From Methanobacterium sp. (lineage in GTDB: Archaea; Methanobacteriota; Methanobacteria; Methanobacteriales; Methanobacteriaceae): a stretch of 31,693 nt of DNA. The notes beneath the pieces are model-generated. The model saw only the letters and a list, made by a program, of their open reading frames with translations, searched no databases and was not told the origin of the DNA. The stretch is taken from NCBI GenBank assembly GCA_003166335.1, contig PMWA01000031.1, positions 29,399 through 61,091 of the forward strand, in the 5' to 3' direction. The position numbers were made by a program, and so were the translations under genes. Of the stretch, positions 1 through 10,163 are shown in pieces. Every line of letters begins with the position of its first letter. Within the stretch, counting starts at the first letter, position 1.

Positions 1-60
1 AAAGATAAAATACCTCTAAATTGTAATGCGTGTATGGGTTCAGATCTCGATACATGTTAA
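1..60 (+). CDS. 3' end of a Cys-rich HTH transcriptional regulator (partial), paralog of 16845..17225
   Basis: Frame 1 reads KDKIPLNCNACMGSDLDTC*, 13/19 aa identical to KDKIPTNCTACMGSEAHSC* at the end of 16845..17225. Confidence 0.85.
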   Translation, partial: KDKIPLNCNACMGSDLDTC

Positions 61-373
61 AATTTAGAAATTAATTTTATAATTAACATATTAAGTATAG
101 TAAGTTTTTAATCGTCAAATTAATGATATTCTTTAATTAATATTTAGGATTATCATCTATAATTGAATGGACTGAATAGTCTGTTTAAACCTTTTTTTCT
201 GAAGCCTTCTGCCAGTTCATCAGAATTATCTATCTAATCATTAAAATTTTTTTTGGGAGAATATTAGAAGGATGTAAATCTTAATGGAACTTAAATAGTG
301 GAAATAGAGATTATAACTACTTAAAGAAACTGATAAACAGCACATTGAACGGTAATTTAGGGGATAAAAATTT

Positions 374-1570
374 ATGATATATGATTTCGACCAAGTATGT
401 GATAGAACAAAAACGGATTGCTTAAAATGGGATATGGTTCAATCAATCTTTGGACATGACGATTTGATTCCTATGTGGGTTGCTGATATGGATTTCCCAG
501 TTGCTCAACCTATCATTGATGCGCTTAAGAAACGTGCGGAACATCCATTTTACGGCTATACCAAACCAGGGAAAAGTGTCATTGATTCTGTAATAGAACG
601 TATGTGGAGAAAATTCAAATGGAAAATTAAGCCGGAATGGGTGGTCTTTACACCGGGAGTGGTTCCTGCCCTAAATGTTGCTATCCGTTCCTTGACTCAC
701 CCTGGTGACGAGGTCATACTGCAAGAACCGGCTTATCATCCATTTTTTCCAGCGGTTACTAATAGTGGTTGTCAGATAATAAATAACGGTCTCAAGTTAA
801 CTAATGGCTGTTATGAAATGGATTATGATGACCTGGAGCGGAAATTTCAGCCTAAAACGGGACGTTTGCGAGGGCCCGGGCGTGTAAAAACTATTGTATT
901 TTGTAATCCACATAATCCTGTTGGTCGCCTATGGAAACGTGAAGAAATAATCAGAATGGGAGAGATTGCCATACAAAATGGAGCAGTTGTTATTTCGGAT
1001 GAGATACATTGTGAGATTCTTTTTGATGGTTATCAACACACTCCTTTTGCTTCTATCTCAAAGGAGTTTGAGCAAAATTGTATAATTTGCATGGCACCGA
1101 GCAAGACATTTAACCTAGCAGGTTTGGATGTTTCTTCCATTATAATCCCGAATCGGAAGCTTCGTGAGGATTTTATCAGCATGCAATCTGGTATTGTGCC
1201 AAGTCCTACCTTGTTTGGTTATACAGCGATGGAAACGGCCTATCGGTATGGAGATGAATGGTTGGAACAGATCTTGGATTATTTACAGGGAAATCTGGAC
1301 TTTTTACTTGAGTATTTAGAGAAGAAAATTCCAGATATAAAGGTCATCAAACCTCAGGGAACATATCTTATCTGGTTGGATTGTCGCGAATTAGGTATGG
1401 ATAAACTAGTTCTTAGCAGTTTTATGCTAGATAAGGCAAAAGTAGGTTTAGAAGACGGATTTATTTTTGGAGAAGCTGGTAGTGGTTTCATGAGAATGAA
1501 TATTGGCTGTCCCCGGTCCATCCTTAAGGAAGCTTTAATAAGAATCGAATCGGCAGTAAATAGTTTATAG
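374..1570 (+). CDS. patB: PLP-dependent C-S lyase, MalY/PatB family (cystathionine beta-lyase/cysteine desulfhydrase)
   Basis: Family motifs PMWVADMDF, CNPHNPVG, SDEIH, APSKTFNLAGL (PLP lysine), GTYLIWLD, FMRMNIGCP; RBS GGGGA upstream. Confidence 0.9.
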   Translation: MIYDFDQVCDRTKTDCLKWDMVQSIFGHDDLIPMWVADMDFPVAQPIIDALKKRAEHPFYGYTKPGKSVIDSVIERMWRKFKWKIKPEWVVFTPGVVPALNVAIRSLTHPGDEVILQEPAYHPFFPAVTNSGCQIINNGLKLTNGCYEMDYDDLERKFQPKTGRLRGPGRVKTIVFCNPHNPVGRLWKREEIIRMGEIAIQNGAVVISDEIHCEILFDGYQHTPFASISKEFEQNCIICMAPSKTFNLAGLDVSSIIIPNRKLREDFISMQSGIVPSPTLFGYTAMETAYRYGDEWLEQILDYLQGNLDFLLEYLEKKIPDIKVIKPQGTYLIWLDCRELGMDKLVLSSFMLDKAKVGLEDGFIFGEAGSGFMRMNIGCPRSILKEALIRIESAVNSL

Positions 1571-1711
1571 TGTCTTATTGGGATTTTTAAATAAAATTTC
1601 CTTCTTTTGATTAGGTAAGTTTATATTAAACTTATTAATTAATTAATTTTTTTGGGGACGCAATCAGTATTATATTTGTATTATCAAATTAGATTTAATG
1701 GAATTATTTAT

Positions 1712-1730
1712 AGGTAAATATTTATATAAA
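1712..1730 (+). promoter_or_regulatory. Archaeal BRE/TATA promoter for tRNA-Cys
   Basis: TTTATATA at 1721-1728 preceded by purine-rich AGGTAAATA, about 40 nt upstream of the mature tRNA. Confidence 0.55.
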
Positions 1731-1770
1731 ATTCGATTATAGAATTAATTATTATGGTAATATTATTTTT

Positions 1771-1841
<71 letters not shown>

Positions 1842-2051
1842 TTAACATAAAGCTTTAAAAATATTATAATATTCTAGTAGAAGAATACTAATTTTTTTTG
1901 ATACATCATTATTATAAAAAATTAGATTACTGATTCAGGAAAATATCATTTTTAGTATAAGTAAAATGAATTAGCAAAATTATAAAAAATTAGAGTAATA
2001 TTGCTTCCGTTTATAAAGATTTTATAATCATTTACTGTAGGAAATGTTAGT

Positions 2052-3431
2052 ATGTTAAAAATATTCAACACTATGACCCAAAAAAAGGAAGAATTCAAGC
2101 CCATGTATGAAAATAGGGTTAAATTATTTGTTTGTGGTCCTACGGTTTATGATAACTCCCATGTGGGCCATGCAAGAACTTACATATCATTCGATGTTAT
2201 AGCTCGTTATTTAAAGTACAATGGATTTAGTGTCTTTTATTTGCAAAATATCACTGATATTGATGATAAAATTATAAAAAGGGCGTTAGAACTTAATGTT
2301 GAACCAATTAAACTTGCAAGGAAGTTTGAGAAGAAATATATGGAGGATATGAAACTTTTAGGTGTGGAAAGTGTGAATTTATATGCCCGTGCTATAGAAC
2401 ACTTACCGGAAATCATAAAGCAAATTAAAACTTTGATTGATAATGGGTTTGCTTATGTAACAGAATCGGGAGTTTATTTTGATATATCTAAATTTCCAGA
2501 TTTCGGAAAACTTTCCCGGCGTAATATTGAGGATTTAACCGTGCATAGAATCAGTCCGGATAGTAATAAGAGAAATCCGGGTGATTTCGCATTATGGAAG
2601 ATAAAGAATGATGAACCATTATGGAATTCTCCATGGGGCGTTGGCAGGCCAGGATGGCATATTGAAGATACCGCCATTACGGAGGAGTATTTGGGATATA
2701 AATATGATATCCATGGTGGTGGTTTGGATTTAATTTTCCCTCATCATGAAGCTGAGGTTGCTCAGATGGAATCAGCATCTGGAGAGAAACCTATGGTGCG
2801 TTATTGGATGCATACTGGTTTTTTAAATGTAAGTGGTGAAAAGATGTCCAAATCTCTGGGTAACTTTATAACTATCCGGGAGATTCTTCGGGACTATGAT
2901 CCTGAAGTTTTCAGATTCTTTGTATTATCCACTCATTATCGTAGTCCTATTGATTTCAGTGAATCTGCTCTCCAGCAATCTGAAAATAGTTTGCATAGAA
3001 TTTATAAGTTAATTGAAACAATTGATGAACTGCTTCGGTCAAATATTTCTGAATCTAATGAGAATGATATTAAGAATACTAATTTATTGCTTAATGCTAA
3101 GCATGATTTTTTAAATAATATGGATAACGATTTCAATACTCCAAACGCTTTATCTGTTATTTTTAATCTTATTAGAGATGTTAATCGCGGAATAGATAAT
3201 AAGAATATTTCTAAAAACAGTTTAATCTATGTTAAGAATCTTCTAATAGAATTTGGGGAGATTTTAGGTTTTGAATTCTCTATTAAACCATCTGTAGATG
3301 ATAAAACAAATGATTTAATTAAAGTTATGGTTGAAGTAAGAGAAAAACTTCGTGAACGGAAAGATTGGGAATTATCTGATTTAATAAGAAGCAGGTTGGG
3401 AGAAATAGATATTATTCTTGAAGATAAATAG
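2052..3431 (+). CDS. cysS: Cysteine--tRNA ligase
   Basis: CGPTVY, HVGH (HIGH motif), NITDIDDKII, DFALWK, GRPGWHIE, HGGGLDLIFPHHE, KMSKS. Confidence 0.97.
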   Translation: MLKIFNTMTQKKEEFKPMYENRVKLFVCGPTVYDNSHVGHARTYISFDVIARYLKYNGFSVFYLQNITDIDDKIIKRALELNVEPIKLARKFEKKYMEDMKLLGVESVNLYARAIEHLPEIIKQIKTLIDNGFAYVTESGVYFDISKFPDFGKLSRRNIEDLTVHRISPDSNKRNPGDFALWKIKNDEPLWNSPWGVGRPGWHIEDTAITEEYLGYKYDIHGGGLDLIFPHHEAEVAQMESASGEKPMVRYWMHTGFLNVSGEKMSKSLGNFITIREILRDYDPEVFRFFVLSTHYRSPIDFSESALQQSENSLHRIYKLIETIDELLRSNISESNENDIKNTNLLLNAKHDFLNNMDNDFNTPNALSVIFNLIRDVNRGIDNKNISKNSLIYVKNLLIEFGEILGFEFSIKPSVDDKTNDLIKVMVEVREKLRERKDWELSDLIRSRLGEIDIILEDK

Positions 3432-3520
3432 AAAAATTAGTTAAAAATATTTACATTCGGTAATTTTTTTTATTATAAAATGAATTTTTAAGTAGATGAA
3501 GGTTAAATATATATATCTAT

Positions 3521-3536
3521 TATAACAACCGTTATA
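3521..3536. promoter_or_regulatory. Candidate operator TATAAC-AACC-GTTATA
   Basis: Perfect match to the recurring palindrome, 5 nt downstream of TATATATA (3508-3515) and upstream of the GMC gene. Confidence 0.7.
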
Positions 3537-3587
3537 AATATTATTTATTTCATTATTTATTTACAAATAAAACTTTGAGCGGATTTA

Positions 3588-4955
3588 ATGATTTATGACG
3601 TTATAGTTGTGGGCACGGGAGCTGGAGGCGCCACAGTAGCTAAAGAACTTTCCAAAGAAGGATTAAAAGTTCTTATTCTGGAAAAAGGTAAACCCTATAA
3701 GATGGGAACTGCTGTAAATTATATTAAAAATGTGCCTGTTGACTTTAAATTAAAAAAAGATTTAATAAAAAATTCAGAATATGATTTCCTTAAATATTCC
3801 CCAGAATTAATGTATATCGAGGGTATGGGCGGTACCACTACAGTTTCATTAGCTAATGCCTGTTATTCCTGCAGTGCATGTTACTATAATTCAGCCATTT
3901 CACAACTTGAAAGTCATGATTTAAATTTATTTGAAGAGTTAATAGAGGCCAGCGGTGATCTGAAAGTAAGTCCTCTTCCTTCAAGGTTCATGGGTCGGGG
4001 TACTTTAAAAATAGCCAAAGCTGCAGAGAAACTTGGATTTATTGTTGAATCAATGCCTAAATTTATAGATTTTGATAAATGTGATAATTGTGGATTATGT
4101 ATTTATGGTTGCACTAAAGGCGCTAAATGGGATGCCACTCATTTTATAGATGAAGCCGCTATAAGTGGAGCAAAAATCCTATGGGATTTTGAAGTTTTAA
4201 GGGTTATTCATGAAGATGAAATAGCCATCGGAGTTGAGGGTAGAACAAGTGATGGTAAGCTGAAAAAATTCGAGGCTTATAATGTTGTACTTGCTGCAGG
4301 TTCTCTTAATACTCCTCACATTCTCCGTAATTCAGGAGTGACCGAGGGTGTAGGTGAAGGATTATTTGTAGATTTATTTATAACCGTAGGTGGATATTTA
4401 AGGGATGTAAAATTAAATCAGGAAATCCCTATGGGAGTTAAATCAGAATTTGGACCTTACTTTTTATCTCCTCACTTCTCCAATCAATTAGTGCAGTTCA
4501 TACAAGAAAAGGGATTCCCGGCTCGTGCGGAGGATGTTTTGGGAATAATGATTAAAATAGCTGATGAAGCTAATGGTTTGCTGCATCCTGACGGTTCTAT
4601 TGAAAAACCACTGACTAAAACTGATCTTGACCTCTTGAAGGAGGGTTATGATAAAGCCGTTGAAATTCTAGTGGAGGCTGGAGTGGATGAATCCATTATA
4701 GTTTCCACACCAATTAGAGGAGCTCATCCTGGTGGAACAGCAGCCATGGGTCGGGTGGTTAATAAGTCAATGGAAACCAGTGTAAAAGGTCTTTTTGTAT
4801 CCGATGCTAGTGTAATACCACGGGCACCAGGCAGGCCACCTATACTAACCATAACTGCCATAGCTAAAAGCGTTGCGAAAACTATCATACAAGAGATGAA
4901 GAACAAAAAATCTAACAAAACAGATATTTTCAGTGATGTATCATCACATCAATAA
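3588..4955 (+). CDS. GMC-family FAD oxidoreductase with Cys clusters
   Basis: GTGAGG Rossmann motif, GMGGTT, VLAAGSLNTP, AHPGGT, DASVIP..PG.PP.LTI; CDNCGLCIYGC and CYSCSAC motifs. Confidence 0.85.
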   Translation: MIYDVIVVGTGAGGATVAKELSKEGLKVLILEKGKPYKMGTAVNYIKNVPVDFKLKKDLIKNSEYDFLKYSPELMYIEGMGGTTTVSLANACYSCSACYYNSAISQLESHDLNLFEELIEASGDLKVSPLPSRFMGRGTLKIAKAAEKLGFIVESMPKFIDFDKCDNCGLCIYGCTKGAKWDATHFIDEAAISGAKILWDFEVLRVIHEDEIAIGVEGRTSDGKLKKFEAYNVVLAAGSLNTPHILRNSGVTEGVGEGLFVDLFITVGGYLRDVKLNQEIPMGVKSEFGPYFLSPHFSNQLVQFIQEKGFPARAEDVLGIMIKIADEANGLLHPDGSIEKPLTKTDLDLLKEGYDKAVEILVEAGVDESIIVSTPIRGAHPGGTAAMGRVVNKSMETSVKGLFVSDASVIPRAPGRPPILTITAIAKSVAKTIIQEMKNKKSNKTDIFSDVSSHQ

Positions 4956-4966
4956 TTTTTTTTTTT
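4956..4966 (+). terminator. Oligo-T tract after the GMC gene (possible archaeal terminator)
   Basis: T11 run immediately after the stop codon. Confidence 0.4.
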
Positions 4967-5142
4967 AATAGGTTTTTTGAATTTATAAAGGTTATTTTAA
5001 TTTTAAAAATAAATTAAGTTTGGTATAATATTGATTAAAATTTAAATTAGAATTAAAATTTAAAATATTTCAAAAGTAAAATCTTGATTTAAAAATAATA
5101 ATATGAATTAATGGAAAATTTCAGAAATGGAGATTTAAAATC

Positions 5143-6153
5143 ATGTTTGATAGATATTCTAGGCAGTTAATCCTACAGAATATTGGAGAGGGAGGCCAAG
5201 AAAAATTATTGAAAAGTCATGCGGTCGTGGTGGGGTGTGGTGCTTTAGGAACCGTGGTGGCTAATAATCTGGCTCGTGCTGGTGTTGGTAAAATATCTAT
5301 AATTGATCGAGATTTTGTTGAGTTAAATAATCTACAAAGACAGATGCTTTTCGATGAAAATGATGTAGGAGATCCTAAAGCAATTGCTGCTAGTAATAAA
5401 TTGCATAAGATTAATTCTGAGATTGAAGTGGAAGCTATTGTAAAGGATTTAAACCATACCAACGTGGAAGATATTCTAAAGGATGTAAGTGTGGTTTTGG
5501 ATGGTACGGACAATATTCTAACACGAATGTTGGTTAATGATGTATGTGTTGAGAAAAGCATACCATGGATTTACACTGGTGCTATTGGCACTTCGGGAAT
5601 GACTATGAATATTATACCGGGTAAGGCTTGTTTAAGATGTTTATATCCTACCATTCCCAAAATAGGTTCTCTTCCAACTTGTGATACTATGGGAGTTTTA
5701 AATACAATAACTTCGATTATGGGTTCTATGGAAAGTACTGAGGCCCTTAAAATACTGCTTGGGAAAATTAGAGAAGGTACTGATAGTAATTTAATAGTGT
5801 ATGATGCTTGGAGTAATTCCTTTGATGATGTAATTGTCAGGAAAAATAAGGATTGTGAATGTTGTGTTAAGGGCAACTATGATTATTTGAATGCTGAAGA
5901 TAGGGAAGTAATAACCTCACTTTGCGGTAGAAAAGCTGTACAAATCACTCCAGCAGACCCTAAAGAATTATCGTTAGCTGAAATGGCTTCTAAACTAGAA
6001 CCATTAGGAGAAGTTAAACTAACTCCGTTTATACTAATTTTCACAACGGATAACATGGAAATATCATTATTTAATGATGGAAGAGCCATAATTAAAGGCA
6101 CTAATGATCAAAAGGTGGCTAGATCAATATACGCTAGATATATTGGAACATAA
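5143..6153 (+). CDS. ThiF/MoeB-family (E1-like) sulfur-carrier adenylyltransferase
   Basis: RYSRQ, GCGALG, DRDFVELNNLQRQ, DGTDN, zinc motifs CLRC and CECC, catalytic-loop PTCDTMG, C-terminal LCGR extension. Confidence 0.93.
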   Translation: MFDRYSRQLILQNIGEGGQEKLLKSHAVVVGCGALGTVVANNLARAGVGKISIIDRDFVELNNLQRQMLFDENDVGDPKAIAASNKLHKINSEIEVEAIVKDLNHTNVEDILKDVSVVLDGTDNILTRMLVNDVCVEKSIPWIYTGAIGTSGMTMNIIPGKACLRCLYPTIPKIGSLPTCDTMGVLNTITSIMGSMESTEALKILLGKIREGTDSNLIVYDAWSNSFDDVIVRKNKDCECCVKGNYDYLNAEDREVITSLCGRKAVQITPADPKELSLAEMASKLEPLGEVKLTPFILIFTTDNMEISLFNDGRAIIKGTNDQKVARSIYARYIGT

Positions 6154-6233
6154 AAAGATAACTTTCAATCCATAAAAATACGAGAAATTTAAACATATTA
6201 ATAAAAAATAGATATTATGGAGTATAAAGGAGT

Positions 6234-6842
6234 ATGAAAACACTTAAAATAGGTGACAATACCTTTGAACTTGCAGAAAGCATAATTAATGACTTAAAAG
6301 CATCAGAAAATCTTGGTCTTCTTAAATGCATTCAATGTGGAATGTGTACATCAGTATGTCCTGCTGCAAGCCATACGGATTATGATCCTAGAGATATAGT
6401 TAAAAGAGTCCTTGATGAAGACGAAAGTTTAATCTCAGATGATATAATATGGAATTGCTTTTATTGTTACACTTGTCATAGCGTATGCCCCGTAAATAAC
6501 AGTGTATGTGAAATAAATCAAATTTTAAGACAAAAATCAATCGAAAAAGCAGAAGGAATTAGTAAAATAGCTTCGTTTTTAACGTATGGTGATAGTTTCC
6601 TGGAATTAGGGATAGGATCAATTCCAAATGACTTCTTCAACGACTTAATAAAAGATATTGGAGAAGAGTATTTTGAATTAAAGATTCACTTAGACGATAT
6701 AAGAGAAGAATTAGGATTGGGAACTCTAATATTACCAGAAGATGACCTTAAAAATATTAAAAAAATTTTAAAGAAAACAGGATTCACTGATAGATTAACT
6801 ATGATACGGCGGGTGAAAATAGATGAAGAAGATACCCGATAA
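6234..6842 (+). CDS. hdrC: Heterodisulfide reductase subunit C-like protein
   Basis: Two [4Fe-4S] motifs CIQCGMCTSVCP and CFYCYTCHSVCP; overlaps the hdrB-like start. Confidence 0.88.
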   Translation: MKTLKIGDNTFELAESIINDLKASENLGLLKCIQCGMCTSVCPAASHTDYDPRDIVKRVLDEDESLISDDIIWNCFYCYTCHSVCPVNNSVCEINQILRQKSIEKAEGISKIASFLTYGDSFLELGIGSIPNDFFNDLIKDIGEEYFELKIHLDDIREELGLGTLILPEDDLKNIKKILKKTGFTDRLTMIRRVKIDEEDTR

Positions 6843-7791
6843 GGAGATTTTACTATTTAAAAGCTGTCTTGTAAGTGTTGAATATCCTGGAATTGAATCA
6901 TCCACTAAATACGTGTTTGATAAACTGGGCATTGAATATATTGTAGATGATAGACAATCCTGCTGTACAGGTTTAGGATATTATTACGACTTATTTGATC
7001 AATTCTCAACCACTGCACTTGCAGCACGAAACTTTGCAATTGCACGTCAAACTAATCATAAAAATATTGCAACCATGTGTGCAACATGTTACGCGATATT
7101 AAAAAAGTCATGTAATATCCTAAATAAGAATGATAATGTGAGAGGGAAGATAAATGAGATATTTGAGGATTCTAAATTAGGAGAATTGAAGTATACGGTT
7201 GATGAATTTGATTCGAGGAATAATATTTTTCATACAGCAGAAATACTTTTCAATAAAGCGGATGAAATTGAAGAAGCTCCTAAGATAGATTTATCTCAAT
7301 TTAAAGTAGCTTCTCACCATGCATGTCACTATTGCAAAGTGCATTATAAAGATACTATAGGGAATTTAAGAGATCCAATGATTATAGAAACATTGGCAAA
7401 ATCCTGTGGCGTGGAGACTGTGGATTGGTATGATTATAAAAGAACTACATGTGGTGCAGGTTTCAGGCAGCGTTTCACAAATCTAGATCTCTCATTATCA
7501 GTTACTACAGATAAATTATTGAGTTTAAAGGAAAACAATGTGGATATTTTAATTCATATGTGTCCTAACTGTCAGATGCAGTTTGACAGATATCAACCCA
7601 AAATTGAAGAGATGTTAAATACTAAATTCAATATTGTTCACTTAAATATTTCTCAATTTATAGCCCTTGCATTTGGAGCTGACCCTTATAAAGTTATTGG
7701 TGTTCAGACTCACACTGTACCCTTGGATCCAATTTTAGAGAAGATTAAGTTGAATCAAACAATTTGTTATGAGAGGTTTTCAGGATTATGA
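6823..7791 (+). CDS. hdrB: Heterodisulfide reductase subunit B-like protein (divergent)
   Basis: Two CCG-type domains: SCLVSVEYPGIE, SCCTG, CATC, HHACH, TCGAG, CPNCQMQFD. Confidence 0.88.
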   Translation: MKKIPDKEILLFKSCLVSVEYPGIESSTKYVFDKLGIEYIVDDRQSCCTGLGYYYDLFDQFSTTALAARNFAIARQTNHKNIATMCATCYAILKKSCNILNKNDNVRGKINEIFEDSKLGELKYTVDEFDSRNNIFHTAEILFNKADEIEEAPKIDLSQFKVASHHACHYCKVHYKDTIGNLRDPMIIETLAKSCGVETVDWYDYKRTTCGAGFRQRFTNLDLSLSVTTDKLLSLKENNVDILIHMCPNCQMQFDRYQPKIEEMLNTKFNIVHLNISQFIALAFGADPYKVIGVQTHTVPLDPILEKIKLNQTICYERFSGL

Positions 7792-10163
7792 AAAATAATC
7801 ATTTCTCCAGATATGCGCCGAAAAGCAGTATTGATATTGGTGTCTTTTTATGTCGTTGTGGAGGAAATATTTCGGATACAGTAGATATTGAAAGACTTAA
7901 ATCTTCAATAGATGCTAAAGTAGTTAAAGATTTTGAAAATCTATGTTCAATGAAGTGTCAGAAAAATATTAGAGATATTATACTTGAAGAGGATTTAGAT
8001 CGTGCGGTTATAGCGGCTTGTTCACCTATTACTCATGAGAAAACATTCAGAAACCATGTAGCTCCATTGAATCCATATCTTTTAGAGATGGCTAATTTAA
8101 GAGAGCAGTGTTCATGGGTGCATTCTGATAGTGATAAAGCAACGGATAAAGCTATTTCATTAACTAACGCAGCTGTTGAACGGGTTAAATATGCTCGGCC
8201 GTTGGATACAATTGTTAGGAAAACAAAAAAGAGTGCAGCAGTAATTGGTGGGGGAATATCGGGTATAACAGCCGCGCTTTCTCTTGCAAAACAAGGTGTT
8301 AAAGTAGATTTAATTGAAAAAAAACCTACTGTTGGGGGCAATATGATAAAAATCGGTAAAGTATTCTCTCCAGAGAAGCTTGCCGAGGAATGCGCATTAT
8401 GTCTTTTTAATCCATTGATAAATGAAGCTGTACAACATGATAACATTAATATAATTACCAATGCTGAGGTTAAATCATCCGAAAGAAAAGCTGGGAATTT
8501 TAACTTACTTGTTGAGAAGAAACCTAGCCAGGTATGGGTGGATAGATGCACGGCATGTGGTAATTGTGCTGAAGTTTGTCCTGTTGATGTTCCTAATGAG
8601 TGGAATGAGAATTTGATGATGAGAAAAGCTATTTATAAACCATTCCCTCAATCAGTTCCTGATACGTATACAATAGATGAAGAGCATTGTATTAAATGTG
8701 GAAATTGTGAAAAAGTCTGTAATATGAATGCTATTAATTTTTCAATGAAAACTGAAATTATGCCACTCAATGTTGGCTCAGTAGTTATAGCAACAGGACA
8801 TAAAGGATTTGACCTTAAAAAACGTCCTGAATACGGATACACTAGATATGATGATGTAATTTCTCAAATGGAACTTGCAAGGATAATGGGTGTGAATGGA
8901 CCTACCAATGGTAAACTATTGCGACCATCTAATGGTGAAATCCCTAAAAGATTGGTGATGATTCAATGCGCTGGTTCAAGAGATGAAAAACCTGAAGGGA
9001 AACGTTACTGTAGCAAAGTTTGTTGTATGGTAGCGTTAAAACATGCAAACTTCATAAGACATTATTACCCTGAAACTGAAATTATAATTTGTTACACGGA
9101 TATGAGAACTCCTGGAATGTATGAAAATTACTTCCGCTATGGGCAATCAAATAAAATTAAATTAATAAGAGGACGTCCAGGAGATGTAACTAGGAAAAAT
9201 GGAAATCTAATTGTTAGAGTGGAGGATACGCTTCGTAGTGAACAATTAGAGATTGAAACAGATATGATTATATTATCTGAGGCTATGGAAGCGTCTGATG
9301 GAACTTTAGAGGTTGCAAAACTATTGAATGTGGGTCTTACTGAAGATTTATTTATTAAAGAAAAACATTCAAAAATAAAACCAGTTAACACTGATATTGA
9401 GGGTATTTATGTCTGCGGAACAGCTCAAGGTCCAAAAGATATTACAGATAGTGTTTCACAAGCCAATGCAGCGGCTTCAAAGGTTTCAGAGCTCATGAAC
9501 GGTGGATTAGAAATAGAACCATTAATTGCAGAAATTGACCATTCCAAATGTAAACTATGTGGAGACTGTATAAATGCATGTAAATATAAGGCAATCTATA
9601 TGTACGATGAACGCATATCAGTGGATCCAATCGCTTGTAACGGATGCGGAATATGTATTTCGAAATGTAAAAATAATGCAATAGAAATTATGGGTCAAAC
9701 CGATAGTCAAATCTACTCTATGATTTCAGGTATGCTAAGGGATAAAAAAGATGGCGAAAAAAGAATATTAGCATTCCTTGACTATATAGGCTATGTTGCC
9801 GCAGATAATATTGGAGTAAACAGAATACCTTACCCAGAATCAGTTAGAATCATAAGAATCACTTCAATAAACCGTTTAATGCCAAAACATATTATACATG
9901 CATTCGAGAATGGTGCTGATGGGATTTTCCTAGGTGAATATCCTGATAATATCATATATCCAAATATTCAGGAAAAAGTGCATGAATTTAAAACTCAACT
10001 TATAAAAAATGGAATAGATCCGGATAGATTAATGTATTATAAAGTTTATGCACCTTACTTCAGAGGTTTAGCTAAAAAATTCTATGAATTTGATAAACAA
10101 ATCAATAAATCCCTCGATAAACTAGAAGCAGTCATGTATAAAGCATCATCTAAAGATATTTAA
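7788..10163 (+). CDS. hdrA: HdrA-like flavoprotein fused to an MvhD-like C-terminal domain
   Basis: GVFLCRCGGNI, AACSP..HE..FR, NLREQCSWVH, GGGISG, QCAGSRD, YCSKVCC, GPKDITDSV, ferredoxin repeats; C-terminal YVAADNIG..YPESVRIIR..GADG is MvhD-like. ATGA overlap with hdrB. Confidence 0.92.
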   Translation: MKNNHFSRYAPKSSIDIGVFLCRCGGNISDTVDIERLKSSIDAKVVKDFENLCSMKCQKNIRDIILEEDLDRAVIAACSPITHEKTFRNHVAPLNPYLLEMANLREQCSWVHSDSDKATDKAISLTNAAVERVKYARPLDTIVRKTKKSAAVIGGGISGITAALSLAKQGVKVDLIEKKPTVGGNMIKIGKVFSPEKLAEECALCLFNPLINEAVQHDNINIITNAEVKSSERKAGNFNLLVEKKPSQVWVDRCTACGNCAEVCPVDVPNEWNENLMMRKAIYKPFPQSVPDTYTIDEEHCIKCGNCEKVCNMNAINFSMKTEIMPLNVGSVVIATGHKGFDLKKRPEYGYTRYDDVISQMELARIMGVNGPTNGKLLRPSNGEIPKRLVMIQCAGSRDEKPEGKRYCSKVCCMVALKHANFIRHYYPETEIIICYTDMRTPGMYENYFRYGQSNKIKLIRGRPGDVTRKNGNLIVRVEDTLRSEQLEIETDMIILSEAMEASDGTLEVAKLLNVGLTEDLFIKEKHSKIKPVNTDIEGIYVCGTAQGPKDITDSVSQANAAASKVSELMNGGLEIEPLIAEIDHSKCKLCGDCINACKYKAIYMYDERISVDPIACNGCGICISKCKNNAIEIMGQTDSQIYSMISGMLRDKKDGEKRILAFLDYIGYVAADNIGVNRIPYPESVRIIRITSINRLMPKHIIHAFENGADGIFLGEYPDNIIYPNIQEKVHEFKTQLIKNGIDPDRLMYYKVYAPYFRGLAKKFYEFDKQINKSLDKLEAVMYKASSKDI

